The notes beneath the pieces are model-generated. The model ran no database searches and had not been told where the DNA came from. It saw nothing but the letters and a program-made list of their open reading frames with translations. From positions 3,053-67,052 of the forward strand of contig JAUREI010000002.1 in assembly GCA_030827515.1 (NCBI GenBank): a stretch of DNA of 64,000 bases, written 5' to 3'. Shown piece by piece: positions 46,206 through 57,200 of the stretch (position 1 is the first letter of the stretch; every line of letters starts with the position of its first letter). Source of the stretch: Prosthecobacter sp. GTDB taxonomy: Bacteria; Verrucomicrobiota; Verrucomicrobiia; Verrucomicrobiales; Verrucomicrobiaceae. Both the position numbers and the translations under genes were made by a program.

Positions 46206-48413
46206 CTAGAACGGGGCGGCGCCGGAGACGACGCGATAGATGCCCGCATCCGGGGCCGGCGTAATCACTCGTTCAAGCTGGGTCTCTGTGGCCTGTGAAG
46301 CTGGCGAGACGGTGCTCCAGACATCGCCGTCGGCACTCCACTGGACGGCGTAATACAACCCGCGTCTGCCAGTCCAAGTCACACGGACGTCATCGCCTTC
46401 GGGGGTCACGGTGGGTGTCACGGAATCGTTCAGGATGCTGCCGTCCCAGTACCTGCTCACCAGAGCCCACACCTGCTGGCCAGTCTGTGAGCCGACGACG
46501 CGTCCGTGATAGTCATCTTCACTGACGTGGATGCCGCCAAATCGCCGGGACAATCCGGCCTGATCGGCAGCGTCGAAATAGCTCGCCCACTGCAGCACGA
46601 CGGTTTGCGAGGGGCCTCGCTCGAAAACAAGAAACTTGTTCTTGCGCGCGATGAAGGTGCCCATGCCGCGGGGAAACCAGGGTGAGCCGGTGTAGGCAGC
46701 GAGAATCTCGGCGGCGGCACGGCTGAAGGTGCTGTGGCCTGAGATGTAGCCTGGGAAGGCGGGAGAGATGAATGTTTTGCGCTGGTAGGGAATCCATTCG
46801 AGCGCGCGGATCCAGCGAACGTGGTTGGTCTGCTTGTCGCGCTCGGGTGGTTCCCCTGGCCAGGAATACACGACTATCTCACCCGGGTTGCCAACCCCGT
46901 GGTGGCGACCACCGGGTGCGGCGGTCTCGGCGGTGACCAGTTCGGCCACACCCGGTTCCAAGGGTAGGCCATCCGGGTGGTAGGAGGGCAAATCAGGGTC
47001 TGAACTCTGGCCAAGACTGGCCATGTAGCGGATCATGGTGATGGGCCTGGGACTCTCATAATAACGCTTCAGGGACCAGGCGGCGCAGGCTGCGTCATGG
47101 GTGGCGGCTGCCACCGCAAAGTACAGCTTCACATCCCATTCCAGCCGGTCGACCTTCTCGCCAATCCCGCCGATCCGGCGTTCGAGATGACGGCTGTCAC
47201 TCACCTGGTTGGCAATCTTGTGCCAGTGGCCAGGCGGGGTTTCCGAGTCGGGGCCGTCCGCCCAGAACTCCGCCAGAACACGGGCGAAATTCCCGAGTTC
47301 CACACGATTGGCGTGGTAGGGTTTGCCGGTGACCGGATTGAGTTCGTAGCCGCTGCCGGTATCTTCCCCCAGCGGGTTGTTGCCGTAGCCGCCAGGGCCG
47401 GGTGAGATGTCAATGATTTCCTGGCTGTTCAAGCGGCTGGAGGCCCAGAGTAGGTCGAGGGCGCCCTGCTTGTATTCCTGATCGGTGGGGGATCCCAGCC
47501 GAGAAAAGCCGTGCCCGGGATCCAGCCAAGGGACGCCGGGAGTTGCCCGTGTCAGTGCGAAGGGCAGGGTGTTGAGCCAGGTGACACCCACAAAACTCTG
47601 CAGCAATTCCCCGGGGAACTGGTTTTGCGTTTCTGGATTGTCGAAGGCAAGGGGTTGCCACCGGTTCGGGTCCGTTCCCGCGGGAATGCCGGCCTGGGCA
47701 ATGCCACCCTCCAGAACGATGAGTTCAGGCTGCGGGTTGAAATAATCCGGGTCGCGGTAGCTGCCTGCTTGGTTGGAACCGTCCGCAAGTCCCCAGGCGA
47801 GAATGGAGGCAGCGATGCGGTTGCCCACGGCGGCCGCGGAATTGCCGGAGGTGCCGATGTTGGCGGCCGAATACCCCAGAGAGCGCAGACGTTTGTCGAG
47901 CCGTTGGCTGGTGGCGAAGGCGCTGAAGGAGTTCAGGTAACGGCTGCGCAGCACCCGGTAGGCGGCATGGCTGATGGCTTCGCGCCTCGAGGCCTCGATG
48001 TCGGCGGCGCTGATCGTCAGGTAACGGGTGCTGGCCATGTAACGGCGCAGGGCGATGGCGGCGTTGCGCAAGCCTGGCAGGTTGCTTGCCGCCAGCGGAC
48101 GCAGGAAGGCGGCCGCTGTCTCCGCGTCCTGACGACGCTGAGCCAGCAGATCCGCTGCCGTCACCCGTTCATGGTGCAGATACCCCACCGCCTGGTCATC
48201 GTAGGCGGCCCAGGCATCATACATGGCAACCGCCACGTGGAACAGGTTGCGGGCGTGAACCGGCGGGTTGGGCCGGTCAATGCGGATGGCGGCAAGATTT
48301 TCCTCGTTCCAGGTGCGGGCAACGGATCTGGCTGCGAGGCAGTTCTGAGTCGTCCATGCAAGACATAGAAACGGCAGCAGAAGGCGCAATGGCTTGGAGG
48401 TTTGGCGCTTCAC
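46206..48413 (-). CDS. Secreted vanadium-dependent haloperoxidase / PAP2-superfamily protein
   Basis: Signal peptide. The three active-site motifs are LKRYYESPRP, PAFPGYISGHS and SRRFGGIHVSEDD. N-terminal SVARTWNE..LAAIR...PPVHARNL; EFWADGP.SETPPGHW. Confidence 0.9.
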   Translation of the reverse strand: MKRQTSKPLRLLLPFLCLAWTTQNCLAARSVARTWNEENLAAIRIDRPNPPVHARNLFHVAVAMYDAWAAYDDQAVGYLHHERVTAADLLAQRRQDAETAAAFLRPLAASNLPGLRNAAIALRRYMASTRYLTISAADIEASRREAISHAAYRVLRSRYLNSFSAFATSQRLDKRLRSLGYSAANIGTSGNSAAAVGNRIAASILAWGLADGSNQAGSYRDPDYFNPQPELIVLEGGIAQAGIPAGTDPNRWQPLAFDNPETQNQFPGELLQSFVGVTWLNTLPFALTRATPGVPWLDPGHGFSRLGSPTDQEYKQGALDLLWASSRLNSQEIIDISPGPGGYGNNPLGEDTGSGYELNPVTGKPYHANRVELGNFARVLAEFWADGPDSETPPGHWHKIANQVSDSRHLERRIGGIGEKVDRLEWDVKLYFAVAAATHDAACAAWSLKRYYESPRPITMIRYMASLGQSSDPDLPSYHPDGLPLEPGVAELVTAETAAPGGRHHGVGNPGEIVVYSWPGEPPERDKQTNHVRWIRALEWIPYQRKTFISPAFPGYISGHSTFSRAAAEILAAYTGSPWFPRGMGTFIARKNKFLVFERGPSQTVVLQWASYFDAADQAGLSRRFGGIHVSEDDYHGRVVGSQTGQQVWALVSRYWDGSILNDSVTPTVTPEGDDVRVTWTGRRGLYYAVQWSADGDVWSTVSPASQATETQLERVITPAPDAGIYRVVSGAAPF

Positions 48414-48487
48414 GAACCATCATTATGCCAGTCGGAGACGCTCCCAACAAGGCCAAATGCGGCAGCCAACGAAGATGGATTTCCGCT

Positions 48488-48517
48488 TTGCACGCGTCAC
48501 CCCGTGGGGCATAGCAT
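48488..48517 (+). promoter_or_regulatory. Candidate sigma70 promoter of ddl
   Basis: TTGCAC-18-TAGCAT; ATG at 48526. Confidence 0.45.
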
Positions 48518-48525
48518 GCATTTGC

Positions 48526-49446
48526 ATGCTCGACATCAAAGGACAACGCATTGCCGTCCTCTTCGGCGGATCCGGCTCGGAACGACAAGTCTCGGTCAAA
48601 ACGGCGGAAAGCGTCATGGCCGCCCTCGAGTCGCTTGGTGCGGAGGTGCTGCCCGTCGATGTGCATGGCCCGGAGTTCGACTGCCCGACGGATGTTCTCA
48701 TCGCCATGAACCTCATTCACGGCACCTTTGGCGAGGATGGTCAGCTCCAGTCGCTGCTTGAAGCACGTGGCATACCCTACACCGGAGCCGGAGTTGCCGA
48801 CAGTCGCACGGCATTCGACAAGTCAATCAGCAAGGCAAGGTTTCTCGCCGCCGGCGTGCCGACACCCCGGGCTCAGGATTACCCGCTCGACGGCAGCGTG
48901 CCGCGGGCACTGGATTTGCCACTTGTCTCCAAACCGCCGCGTGAGGGGTCGAGTGTTGGCGTGCGCATCGTGCGGACCGAGGCCGAGTGGCAGGATGCCC
49001 TTGCCGAGGCGCGACAATACGGCACGACCACCCTGCTGGAGGAATTCATTGAGGGTCGGGAACTGACGGTTGGCATTCTTGGTGATCTGGTTTTGCCGGT
49101 CATTCACATCGAGCCGGTCGAGGGGTTCTATGACATGAACAATAAATACCCGTGGCTGAGTGGCACGGGCAAGACCCTGTATCACTGCCCGGCCGATCTT
49201 GATGCGGAGACAACGCGATGCGTTCAGCAAGCCTCCCTGGCCGCTTTCCGGGCCTGCGACACGAAAGTCTATGGGCGTGTCGATGTCATGTTGAGCGCAG
49301 ATGGCCAGCCGTTCGTACTGGAGATCAACACGATTCCCGGCATGACCAGCAGCAGCCTGCTGCCCAAGGCGGCCCAGGCGGCGGGAATCGGATTTCCGGA
49401 ACTGTGCGTGCGCATCATCGAGTTGTCGCTTGCTGCAAGACCCTGA
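48526..49446 (+). CDS. ddl: D-alanine--D-alanine ligase
   Basis: VLFGGSGSERQVS, IHGTFGEDG, KPPREGSSVG, EEFIEGRELTV, omega loop YDMNNKY, GRVD, LEINTIPGMT..SLLP. Confidence 0.95.
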   Translation: MLDIKGQRIAVLFGGSGSERQVSVKTAESVMAALESLGAEVLPVDVHGPEFDCPTDVLIAMNLIHGTFGEDGQLQSLLEARGIPYTGAGVADSRTAFDKSISKARFLAAGVPTPRAQDYPLDGSVPRALDLPLVSKPPREGSSVGVRIVRTEAEWQDALAEARQYGTTTLLEEFIEGRELTVGILGDLVLPVIHIEPVEGFYDMNNKYPWLSGTGKTLYHCPADLDAETTRCVQQASLAAFRACDTKVYGRVDVMLSADGQPFVLEINTIPGMTSSSLLPKAAQAAGIGFPELCVRIIELSLAARP

Positions 49447-49576
49447 GTTCGGCACGGATTTTAGGGGATCGCCAGGCAAGTGTCCGCCGCTGGTTCGTTG
49501 ATGTCGAGGCAAGGCGATCCCGGGGGTTGCCGCGCGGCAATGGCAAGAGCGCGCTCCGCCGCGGCGTTCCCTGCCC

Positions 49577-50965
49577 ATGTCCAAGACCGATTTTTCCCGT
49601 CGTGACTTTCTCTCCCTAGGTGCCCTCGCCACCGCCGCTACCTTCGGATTTCCAGCCATTGTCAGCTCGCGCTCACCCAATGCGAAACTGAACCTGGCCT
49701 TCATTGGTGTGGGCGGTAGGGGGGCTGCGAACCTGCTTGGCCTGGTCGGTGTCTCCACCGCCGCCCGCAAGGGTGCCCCGGCCGCCATGGAGCCCAGTGA
49801 GAACGTCGTTGCCCTGTGCGACGTCAACGGTCAGAACCTTGACCGCGCCGCCCAGCTTTTTCCAAAGGCGAAGACGTATCGAGATTTCCGCAAGCTTTAC
49901 GAGGAGTCGAAGGACTTTGATGCCGTGGTCGTCAGCACGACTGAGCACACCCACGCCTACGCCACCCTGCCTGCTTTGCGCATGAAGAAGCCGGTGTACT
50001 GCGAAAAGCCGCTCACCCGGGATGTCGCCGAGGCGCGCCTCGTCACGGAGGCCGCCGCCCAGGCTGGCGTCGCTACGCAGATGGGCACGCAAATCCACGG
50101 CATGCCGAATTACCGGCGCGTGGTCGAACTGGTCCAGAGCGGTGCCATCGGTGCGGTTTCGGAAGTGCACGTCTGTGTTTCCCGGGCCTGGGGACTTCAG
50201 AGCCAGGAGGACTCGGAGAAGAACAAGGATGTCATTTTCGTGACGGACCGACCCAAGGAGGCGCAAACCCCGCCGGACTATCTCGACTGGGATCTCTGGC
50301 TCGGCCCGGCCCCCTGGCGCCCCTATCACGAGGTTTATTTTCCCGGACCGAGGTGGTACCGATGGTGGGACTTCGGCAATGGCACCATGTCGGATCTCGG
50401 CAGTCACTGGAATGATCTGCCGTTCTGGGCGCTCAATCTCGACGCGCCGCTCGCCGTCGAAGCCTTTGGGCCGGAGCCGCATCCGGAAATTGCCCCTGCC
50501 ACCATGAGCGCCGTGTATGAATACGGTCCCCGTGGCGGTCGACCCGGCCTCAAGCTTCACTGGCATCAGGGTGCCACCAAGCCCGAGGTTTGGAAAAACG
50601 ATCCTGTCATCGGCCAGTGGCAGAGCGGCGTGCTCTTCATCGGCAACAAGGGCATGCTTCTCTCCGACTACAACAAGCACGTGCTCCTGCCGGAGGAAAA
50701 GTACAAGGACTTCCAGCGTCCCAAGCCCTTCATTGCCGATTCCCCCGGCCAGCACGCTGAATGGATCAGTGCCATCAAGCATGGCATGCCCACCGGCAGC
50801 CCGTTCAGCTATGCGGGCCCGCTCAGCGAGGCGAACCACCTCGGCAATGTGGCCTTTCGTGCCGGTCGTCGCATTGAATGGGACGCCAAGGCGATGCGCA
50901 TCACCAATGACGAAGCCGCCAACCGCTTCATTCGGCGCGAGCCGCGGGCGGGGTGGTCACTGTGA
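49577..50965 (+). CDS. Tat-exported Gfo/Idh/MocA-family oxidoreductase
   Basis: SRRDFL Tat motif. [49 protein letters not shown]. Confidence 0.93.
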   Translation: MSKTDFSRRDFLSLGALATAATFGFPAIVSSRSPNAKLNLAFIGVGGRGAANLLGLVGVSTAARKGAPAAMEPSENVVALCDVNGQNLDRAAQLFPKAKTYRDFRKLYEESKDFDAVVVSTTEHTHAYATLPALRMKKPVYCEKPLTRDVAEARLVTEAAAQAGVATQMGTQIHGMPNYRRVVELVQSGAIGAVSEVHVCVSRAWGLQSQEDSEKNKDVIFVTDRPKEAQTPPDYLDWDLWLGPAPWRPYHEVYFPGPRWYRWWDFGNGTMSDLGSHWNDLPFWALNLDAPLAVEAFGPEPHPEIAPATMSAVYEYGPRGGRPGLKLHWHQGATKPEVWKNDPVIGQWQSGVLFIGNKGMLLSDYNKHVLLPEEKYKDFQRPKPFIADSPGQHAEWISAIKHGMPTGSPFSYAGPLSEANHLGNVAFRAGRRIEWDAKAMRITNDEAANRFIRREPRAGWSL

Positions 50966-51542
50966 ACCCGGCTGCCGCCGGGTCCTCGGATTTGCGCAGC
51001 CAGACAATACGCGTCGTGCCGTAGTCCCGGTCGCGGACCCGTTCCCAGGGTGGCCAGTTGGCCGGCGCACCCCGGCGCGCCAGGCTTTCCACCACGAGGC
51101 TGCCGCCGGCCGTCACCAGATCCCAGAGTTCAGGAGTGGCCAGCAGCTTGGCCGAAAGGTCCGGCTCGTCCGGCCGGTGGGCATACGGAGGGTCGGCAAA
51201 CACCAGGTCGAAGCACAGGCCTTCGCGGGCGAGCTGGGTCAGCAGCTTGAAAACGTCCCCCGGACGAACCTGCCCCCCCTGTAGGCGCGTCTTGGCCAGG
51301 TTTCGGCGGATGGTTTCGCAGGCGCCCCGGTCCTGATCGACCAGTAACGCGGCGGTCGCACCGCGGCTCAGGCACTCCAAGCCCAGGGCACCGGAGCCGG
51401 CAAACAGGTCGAGCACGCGCAGACCCGAGACGTCGCCGAGCATGTTGAAAACGGCCTGCCGAACCCGGTCCTGCGTGGGGCGGGTCACGGATTTCGGAAC
51501 TTCCAGCGGGATGCCGCCAGCGCTGCCGGAGATGAGGCGCAT
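50928..51542 (-). CDS. rsmD: 16S rRNA (guanine966-N2)-methyltransferase
   Basis: [50 protein letters not shown]. Confidence 0.93.
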   Translation of the reverse strand: MRLISGSAGGIPLEVPKSVTRPTQDRVRQAVFNMLGDVSGLRVLDLFAGSGALGLECLSRGATAALLVDQDRGACETIRRNLAKTRLQGGQVRPGDVFKLLTQLAREGLCFDLVFADPPYAHRPDEPDLSAKLLATPELWDLVTAGGSLVVESLARRGAPANWPPWERVRDRDYGTTRIVWLRKSEDPAAAGFTVTTPPAARAE

Positions 51543-51586
51543 CAGATATCCTTGGCGCGGAATGACCTGCTGTCGAGCGGCGGCCC

Positions 51587-53260
51587 TCAGCGCCGACGCG
51601 AGCGCCAGGTTCTCAGGCCTGCAGTCCAAACGCAGGCCAGCAGCAGGGCCAGCGAGAAGGCGTCGCCATGGCGGGCGTAGACCGTCGTTGGTGGATGGAG
51701 GGGTACGGACACCTCGCCAGGCAGGCAACCTTCGAGGAAACTGCTGCGGGTTTCGGGATCCGTCAGGCGCGAGGTGACCCGGCCCGTGGGGTCGATGAAA
51801 CAGCTGACACCGGTGTTGGTGGCGCGCACCATTGGCCGGCGCAGTTCAATGGCACGGAATTTGGCGTTGGCGAGATGGACTTCGGCCTCCCGGCTCTGCA
51901 GGAACCAGCCGTCATTGGTCAGGTTGACAATCAATTGCGGTCCCTCGCGGACGAAGCGTCGGGCTAGGCGGCCGACCGTGTCCTCAAAGCAGATGAGGGG
52001 AATGAGACCGATGGCCGGTTTTTCCAGGCGCAGGGGTTCGGTGGCGGTGCCCGGCTGGAAGTCGCCCGGCAGAACTCCGCGCAGCCAGGAGAACGGAGGA
52101 ATCCCGCGGAAGGGCAGGAATTCGCCAAAGGGCACCAGATGGACCTTGTCATACCGCTGGCGGTTGGCACTGCTGCCGCGGAGCAGCAGGGCCGAGACAT
52201 GCCCCTCGTTCGGCTCGAACATCTCGCTGCCGGTAAGCAGGCTGAAATCGCCAGCGGCGAGCAGTTCGTCAAAAAACCGGTCATGCCAGGCGCGATCCTC
52301 ACTGTAGGGACGCGGCAGGGCGCTCTCCGGCCAGATGACCAAATCGGTGTGGGTGATCCCGTCGCGAGCCTCGGCGTAGAGCCGGGTGAGGTCGTGGAGG
52401 CGACGATACGTGCGCTCATCGTGGAGGCCGCTCCAGGCATCCACCTGGGCGATGTTGGGTTGCACCAGCAGGGTTCGCACCTTGACGACTTGGCCCGGTT
52501 CCTGACGGAGCTGGTGCATGCCGTAGCCGGCCGAGGCCAGCAGTAGCACAAGGGCGAGGGTGAAGTCGAGACGTGAACGACAGCTGCCCTCGCCACGCTG
52601 GACCCGGATCAGCCGGCTGAGGGTGTTCCAGGCCGCGCAGGTGACAAAGACCGGAAGAAACGACAGGCCGGTGACTCCGACCAGATCGGCGGCCTGAATC
52701 AGTAGGTGGTTCCGGTGCAGGGCAACCCCCAGACCGTTCCAACCGAAGCCGTTGAACAGGGTCGTGCCACGCAGCCATTCGCAGGCGGTCCAGGCCGCCG
52801 CGGTGAGGAAGGCGGCGCGCAGGGAATGCCAAGTGCTTTCCTGCCAGGTTCCGCCTGCCAGACGCTGGGGGGCGGGCCGAGCGACCCGCGCCGTGAACCA
52901 GGCCCACAGACCCCAATACAGCGAACATATCAGGGCCAGTCCGAGCACGGCCGCCATGCCAAGCAGTTCCGGCCCCCAGCCCGCCCAGCTGTCATCCCGG
53001 GCCCCGGACAACACCCGTGAGGAGTGGCGCAGCCAGCTCAGGTTGGGAATCCAAAAGGCGAGTCCTGCGACCGCGCCGATGATGAAGGCCTGCCTGCCGG
53101 ATGGCGCCGCATTGCCTGCAGAACACGGCCACAGGACGGTCAGCACGGGCAGAAGCCACAACCAGACGGCCGCCTCCAAATCCCAGCCGGGGTAGGCCAG
53201 GGCGAGCATCGCGCCGCCGAGGGCGGCTGGGAGCAGGGACAGCAGGAAGTTGAAACGCAT
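51587..53260 (-). CDS. lnt: Apolipoprotein N-acyltransferase
   Basis: Multi-TM N-terminus. Nitrilase triad: WPESA, YDKVHLVPFGE, LICFED. NLTNDGWF, VRATNTGVS. Confidence 0.95.
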   Translation of the reverse strand: MRFNFLLSLLPAALGGAMLALAYPGWDLEAAVWLWLLPVLTVLWPCSAGNAAPSGRQAFIIGAVAGLAFWIPNLSWLRHSSRVLSGARDDSWAGWGPELLGMAAVLGLALICSLYWGLWAWFTARVARPAPQRLAGGTWQESTWHSLRAAFLTAAAWTACEWLRGTTLFNGFGWNGLGVALHRNHLLIQAADLVGVTGLSFLPVFVTCAAWNTLSRLIRVQRGEGSCRSRLDFTLALVLLLASAGYGMHQLRQEPGQVVKVRTLLVQPNIAQVDAWSGLHDERTYRRLHDLTRLYAEARDGITHTDLVIWPESALPRPYSEDRAWHDRFFDELLAAGDFSLLTGSEMFEPNEGHVSALLLRGSSANRQRYDKVHLVPFGEFLPFRGIPPFSWLRGVLPGDFQPGTATEPLRLEKPAIGLIPLICFEDTVGRLARRFVREGPQLIVNLTNDGWFLQSREAEVHLANAKFRAIELRRPMVRATNTGVSCFIDPTGRVTSRLTDPETRSSFLEGCLPGEVSVPLHPPTTVYARHGDAFSLALLLACVWTAGLRTWRSRRR

Positions 53261-53313
53261 CGGCGACGCACTCTGCCGCACGCTGGCCCGCAGGCAACTG
53301 CGAGGCGCGGTCT

Positions 53314-54159
53314 TCAACGCCCTGCACGCCGGTGCTGGCGATCACGAAATTCGGCCGGCCCGCAACCGGCGGCCTTGCTGAAAACACGGGTCAGGTAATG
53401 ACGGTTGGGAAATCCACACTCGAAGGCAATTTGGTCCATCGACTTGTCCGTCAGTGCCAGAAGTTGTTGAGCCAGCCGCACGCGCGTCGCAGTCACATAG
53501 GCAGCCGGCGTTCTGCCAGTGTGTTCACGGAACGACCGGATGAAGCGTTCCACGCTCATACCGGCACGTGCCGCCAGCAGATGGTTCGACAGCCGGGTGT
53601 GCGGGGCACTCTGGATCAGCGCGATCACCTCGAGCAGGCGGTCCGGGATGACGGGAGGAGCCGGCAGATCGAGGCGAGCGAAGGTGGCGTGCAGCAGGGC
53701 GCTGCTTTCCTGTTGAAGACGCTGGTCGCGCATTTCCGATGACGGCTGGCCATGCAGGGCGATGACGCTGTCAATGAGGGCCTGCAGCAGGCCATCGACA
53801 GGCAGTCGCAGCGGCGCCGGTTTGATCGGCGGACCGGGACGACGGACCGTGAAATGCATCCAGAGATGGCAGGCCGGCACCGGTCCGTGACAGTCAAACA
53901 CCGTGTCGGCAGGGATGAGAAGGCAGGAAAAAGGTTCCAGAGGAATGTCCTCGCCTTGAAAGTGCACATGGCAACCGGGCTTCGGATTGTGGTAAAAACG
54001 CCAGAATGGGCTGTCGACCCCCTCATGATTCCAATCTTCAAGATCCTCTTGGTAACCGCATTCATGGAGCAGAAAGTCGGACCAGCCGGCGCGTGCGGCA
54101 CCTGTCAGACCGACTCCCCAGGGGGTCGTATAGTTCAGGTACTTGCGCCGGGTTTTCAC
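53314..54159 (-). CDS. AraC-family transcriptional regulator
   Basis: Cupin-like N-terminus (SPFWRFYHN, WMHF). C-terminal double HTH LAARAGMSVERFIRSFREHTG...IAFECGFPNRHYLTRVF. The start is uncertain (GTG 54159 or TTG 54171). Confidence 0.9.
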   Translation of the reverse strand: MKTRRKYLNYTTPWGVGLTGAARAGWSDFLLHECGYQEDLEDWNHEGVDSPFWRFYHNPKPGCHVHFQGEDIPLEPFSCLLIPADTVFDCHGPVPACHLWMHFTVRRPGPPIKPAPLRLPVDGLLQALIDSVIALHGQPSSEMRDQRLQQESSALLHATFARLDLPAPPVIPDRLLEVIALIQSAPHTRLSNHLLAARAGMSVERFIRSFREHTGRTPAAYVTATRVRLAQQLLALTDKSMDQIAFECGFPNRHYLTRVFSKAAGCGPAEFRDRQHRRAGR

Positions 54160-54172
54160 GATCAGACACAAA

Positions 54173-54199
54173 CTGGACAGAATAGTGCATGGTGTCCAG
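54173..54199. promoter_or_regulatory. 7-bp inverted repeat in the 53-bp divergent gap
   Basis: CTGGACA-N13-TGTCCAG. On the minus strand it also reads TGGACA-17-CAGTTT. Confidence 0.5.
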
Positions 54200-54212
54200 A
54201 CGTTGTTTCAGC

Positions 54213-57200
54213 ATGAGGAAACGTCAGATTCATGCCTGGGGCTTGCTGCTGGGCGCCCTGCTGTCGCCGGCCGGCCCCGAGTTGTCCGCCGCGGACAAGC
54301 TGCGCTTCAACCGCGACATCCGTCCCATCCTCTCCGACAAGTGTTTTCACTGCCATGGCTTTGATCCGAAGAACCGCAAAGCCGGGCTCCGGCTGGACAC
54401 TTTTGAGGGGGCAACCGCCGACGGCGGCATTGTTGCCGGCCAGGCGGAGCGCAGTGGGGTGCTGGAACGCGTGCTCAGCCACGATCCCGATGAGGTCATG
54501 CCACCCCCTGAGTCCAAATTGGGCCGGTTGAGCGAGGTGGAGATCGACACGCTTCGGCGCTGGATCAATGAGGGGGCGGAATACGAGGCGCACTGGGCCT
54601 TCGTTCCCCTGCAGAAGCCCCAGCTTGATGCCTGGCTCAGGACTGCATCCAGCGAAGGAAAAAAAACACCGATCGACAGTCTGGTCACGGTGGGCCTGCG
54701 AGAGCGAGGTCTGTCCCTGCAGTCGGCGGCGGATGACGCCACGCTGGCCAGGCGCATCAGTTTTGACCTGACCGGCCTGCCGCCGACGGAGGCGGAGTTG
54801 GCGGACCTTGCCGCCGGGCGCATTGATCTGGAGGCCTTCACCCACCGCAAGCTGGCCTCTCCCGCCTATGGGGAGCGCATGGCCGCCGACTGGCTCGATC
54901 TAGCCAGGTATGCGGACAGCTACGGTTTCCAGGTGGACCGCGAACGCGAAGTCTGGATGTGGCGCGACTGGGTGGTGGGCGCCTTCAATGCAAACCTGCC
55001 CTTCGATCAATTTCTCACCTGGCAGCTTGCCGGTGACCTGCTGCCGGGTGCGACCGACGAACAGGTGCTCGCCACCGCCTTCAACCGACTGCACCAGCAG
55101 GAGAGCGAAGGGGGGTCGGTCGAGGAGGAATATCGTGTCGAGTATGTGGCCGACCGTGTGCAGACGGTGGCGACGGCCTTTCTGGGTCTGACATTCGAGT
55201 GCGCGCGCTGTCATGACCACAAATATGATCCGATCAGCCAGCGGGAGTATTATGGACTGGGATCCTTTTTCCAGAACATCGACGAAGCCGGTCTTTACTC
55301 CTTCTTCACACCCTCGCCGCCGACCCCGACGCTGTTGCTGATGGATGAACCGGCCAAGGCAACCCTGGCGGGACTACAGGCGCGCGTGGGGGCTCTCGAG
55401 GAGCGCGTCGGTGCCATGGAACCGCTCGACAGGATCGCCCTTCGCGATGGCGTCCCCGTCGAATTGCAGGGCCAGCTCGCGCATTACGCCTTTGACCATC
55501 TCGACGGCAACAAACTGGCTGACAGCCTTCATCCCGAACCGACGCCGCCGAAGAAGAAGCCCGACCCGAAGAGCAAGCCGCCAGCCAGTCCTTCCGCGAT
55601 GCTCAAGGGGGAGAACCGGCTTGTGCCCGGCCGGATCGGACAGGCGGTGCAGTTCACCGGGGATGATCCGGTCACCACGCCGGTCGGCAATTTCCACCGG
55701 CATGATCCCTTCAGCGTTTCGCTCTGGCTGCAGACGCCGGACGTCAAGGAGCGTGCCGTGGTATTCCACCGCTCGCGCGCATGGACTGACGCGGCCAGCC
55801 GCGGTTACGAACTGCTTCTGGAAGAAGGCCGACTGAAGTGGTCGCTCATCCATTTTTGGCCGGGCAATGCCATCTCGGTGCGCGTCCGGGATCCCCTGCC
55901 TGCGGGGGAGTGGGTGCATGTGGTTGTTACCAATGATGGCAGCAGTCGAGCCTCCGGCCTGCGCCTCTACATCAACGGCACCCTGGTGCCCGTGGACGTG
56001 GTCCGCGACCACCTCACCCAGGACATCACCGGTGGCGGGGGAGATACCATCGCACTCGGCGAACGCTCCCGGGATCGCGGCTTCAAGGGCGGGCTGATCG
56101 ACGATTTCCGCGTCTTCAGCCGCGATCTCTCGCAGCCGCCGCGGCCCGGGCTGGAGCCCGCGCTTTCCGAACTAAGGGCGGCACGCGCCGAGCTGACGGA
56201 ATTCTCCGGCAGGCAGAAGGAGATCATGGTCATGCGTGAACTGCCCGAACCCAAGACGGCCTATGTTCTGACACGCGGCGAGTATGACAAGCGCGGCGAG
56301 GAGGTTGTCGCCATGACTCCGGCCTCGCTGCCGGCGTTCCCGGCCGATGCTCCGCGCAACCGGCTCGGATTGGCGCGCTGGCTGACCGATCCCGGGCATC
56401 CGCTCACTGCGCGGGTGACCGTGAACCGCCTGTGGCAAAGTTTGTTTGGCCGAGGGCTGGTGAAGACCAGCGAGGACTTCGGCAGCCAGGGGGAAAAGCC
56501 GCTCCACCCGGAGTTGCTCGACTACCTGGCGCTGCGGCTCATTCATGGCGGCTGGGATCTCAAGGCACTGCTGCGGGAAATCGTCAGCAGCGATGTCTAC
56601 CGCCAGGAAGCCATCGCCGCCGCGAATGTGATGGCGGATGACCCGGAGAATCAATGGCTGGCACGCGGACCTTCCTTTCGCCTGCCTGCGGAGATGATTC
56701 GCGACAATGCCCTTGCGGCCTCCGGACTGCTGGATCCAACGCTCGGCGGTCCGCCGGTGAACCCCTATGAACTGGCCGAGGCGTTCAAACCTTTCACCCT
56801 TGCCAAGTCAGGGAGCACCCTTCACCGGCGCAGCCTGTACACGACCTGGCGGAGAACCAGCCCTCCGCCCGCGATGCTCGCGTTTGATGCGCCACGAAGA
56901 GCGGTTTGCGCGGCCAAGCGCGAGCGGACGGACAGCCCGCTGCAGGCTCTGATTCTGCTGAACGGCGTTCAGTTCGTTGAGGCGGCGCGTGTGCTCGGAA
57001 CCAGCCTGTATCGTGATCACCATGGCAATGTCGATGCGATGATTCACCACGGTTTTCTGCGCTGCCTGAGCCGGCCGCCGGACGCGCGTGAACTGGAGAT
57101 CTGCCGTCGTTTGCATGCCGAACAGCTCGCGCACTACCGCACGCGGCCGCAGGAGGCGGAGCAATTGCTGAAGCATGGTGTCGCCCCCGCCGAACCCGGG

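Noticed and set aside
48526-49446. VanA-like D-Ala-D-Lac ligase (glycopeptide resistance)
   Set aside because: The omega loop keeps Tyr (NNKY) as in D-Ala-D-Ala ligases, and there are no vanH/vanX neighbours.
50928-50965. 38-nt convergent overlap of the oxidoreductase and rsmD
   Set aside because: The rsmD tail is a low-complexity extension, and short 3' overlaps are common in GC-rich genomes.
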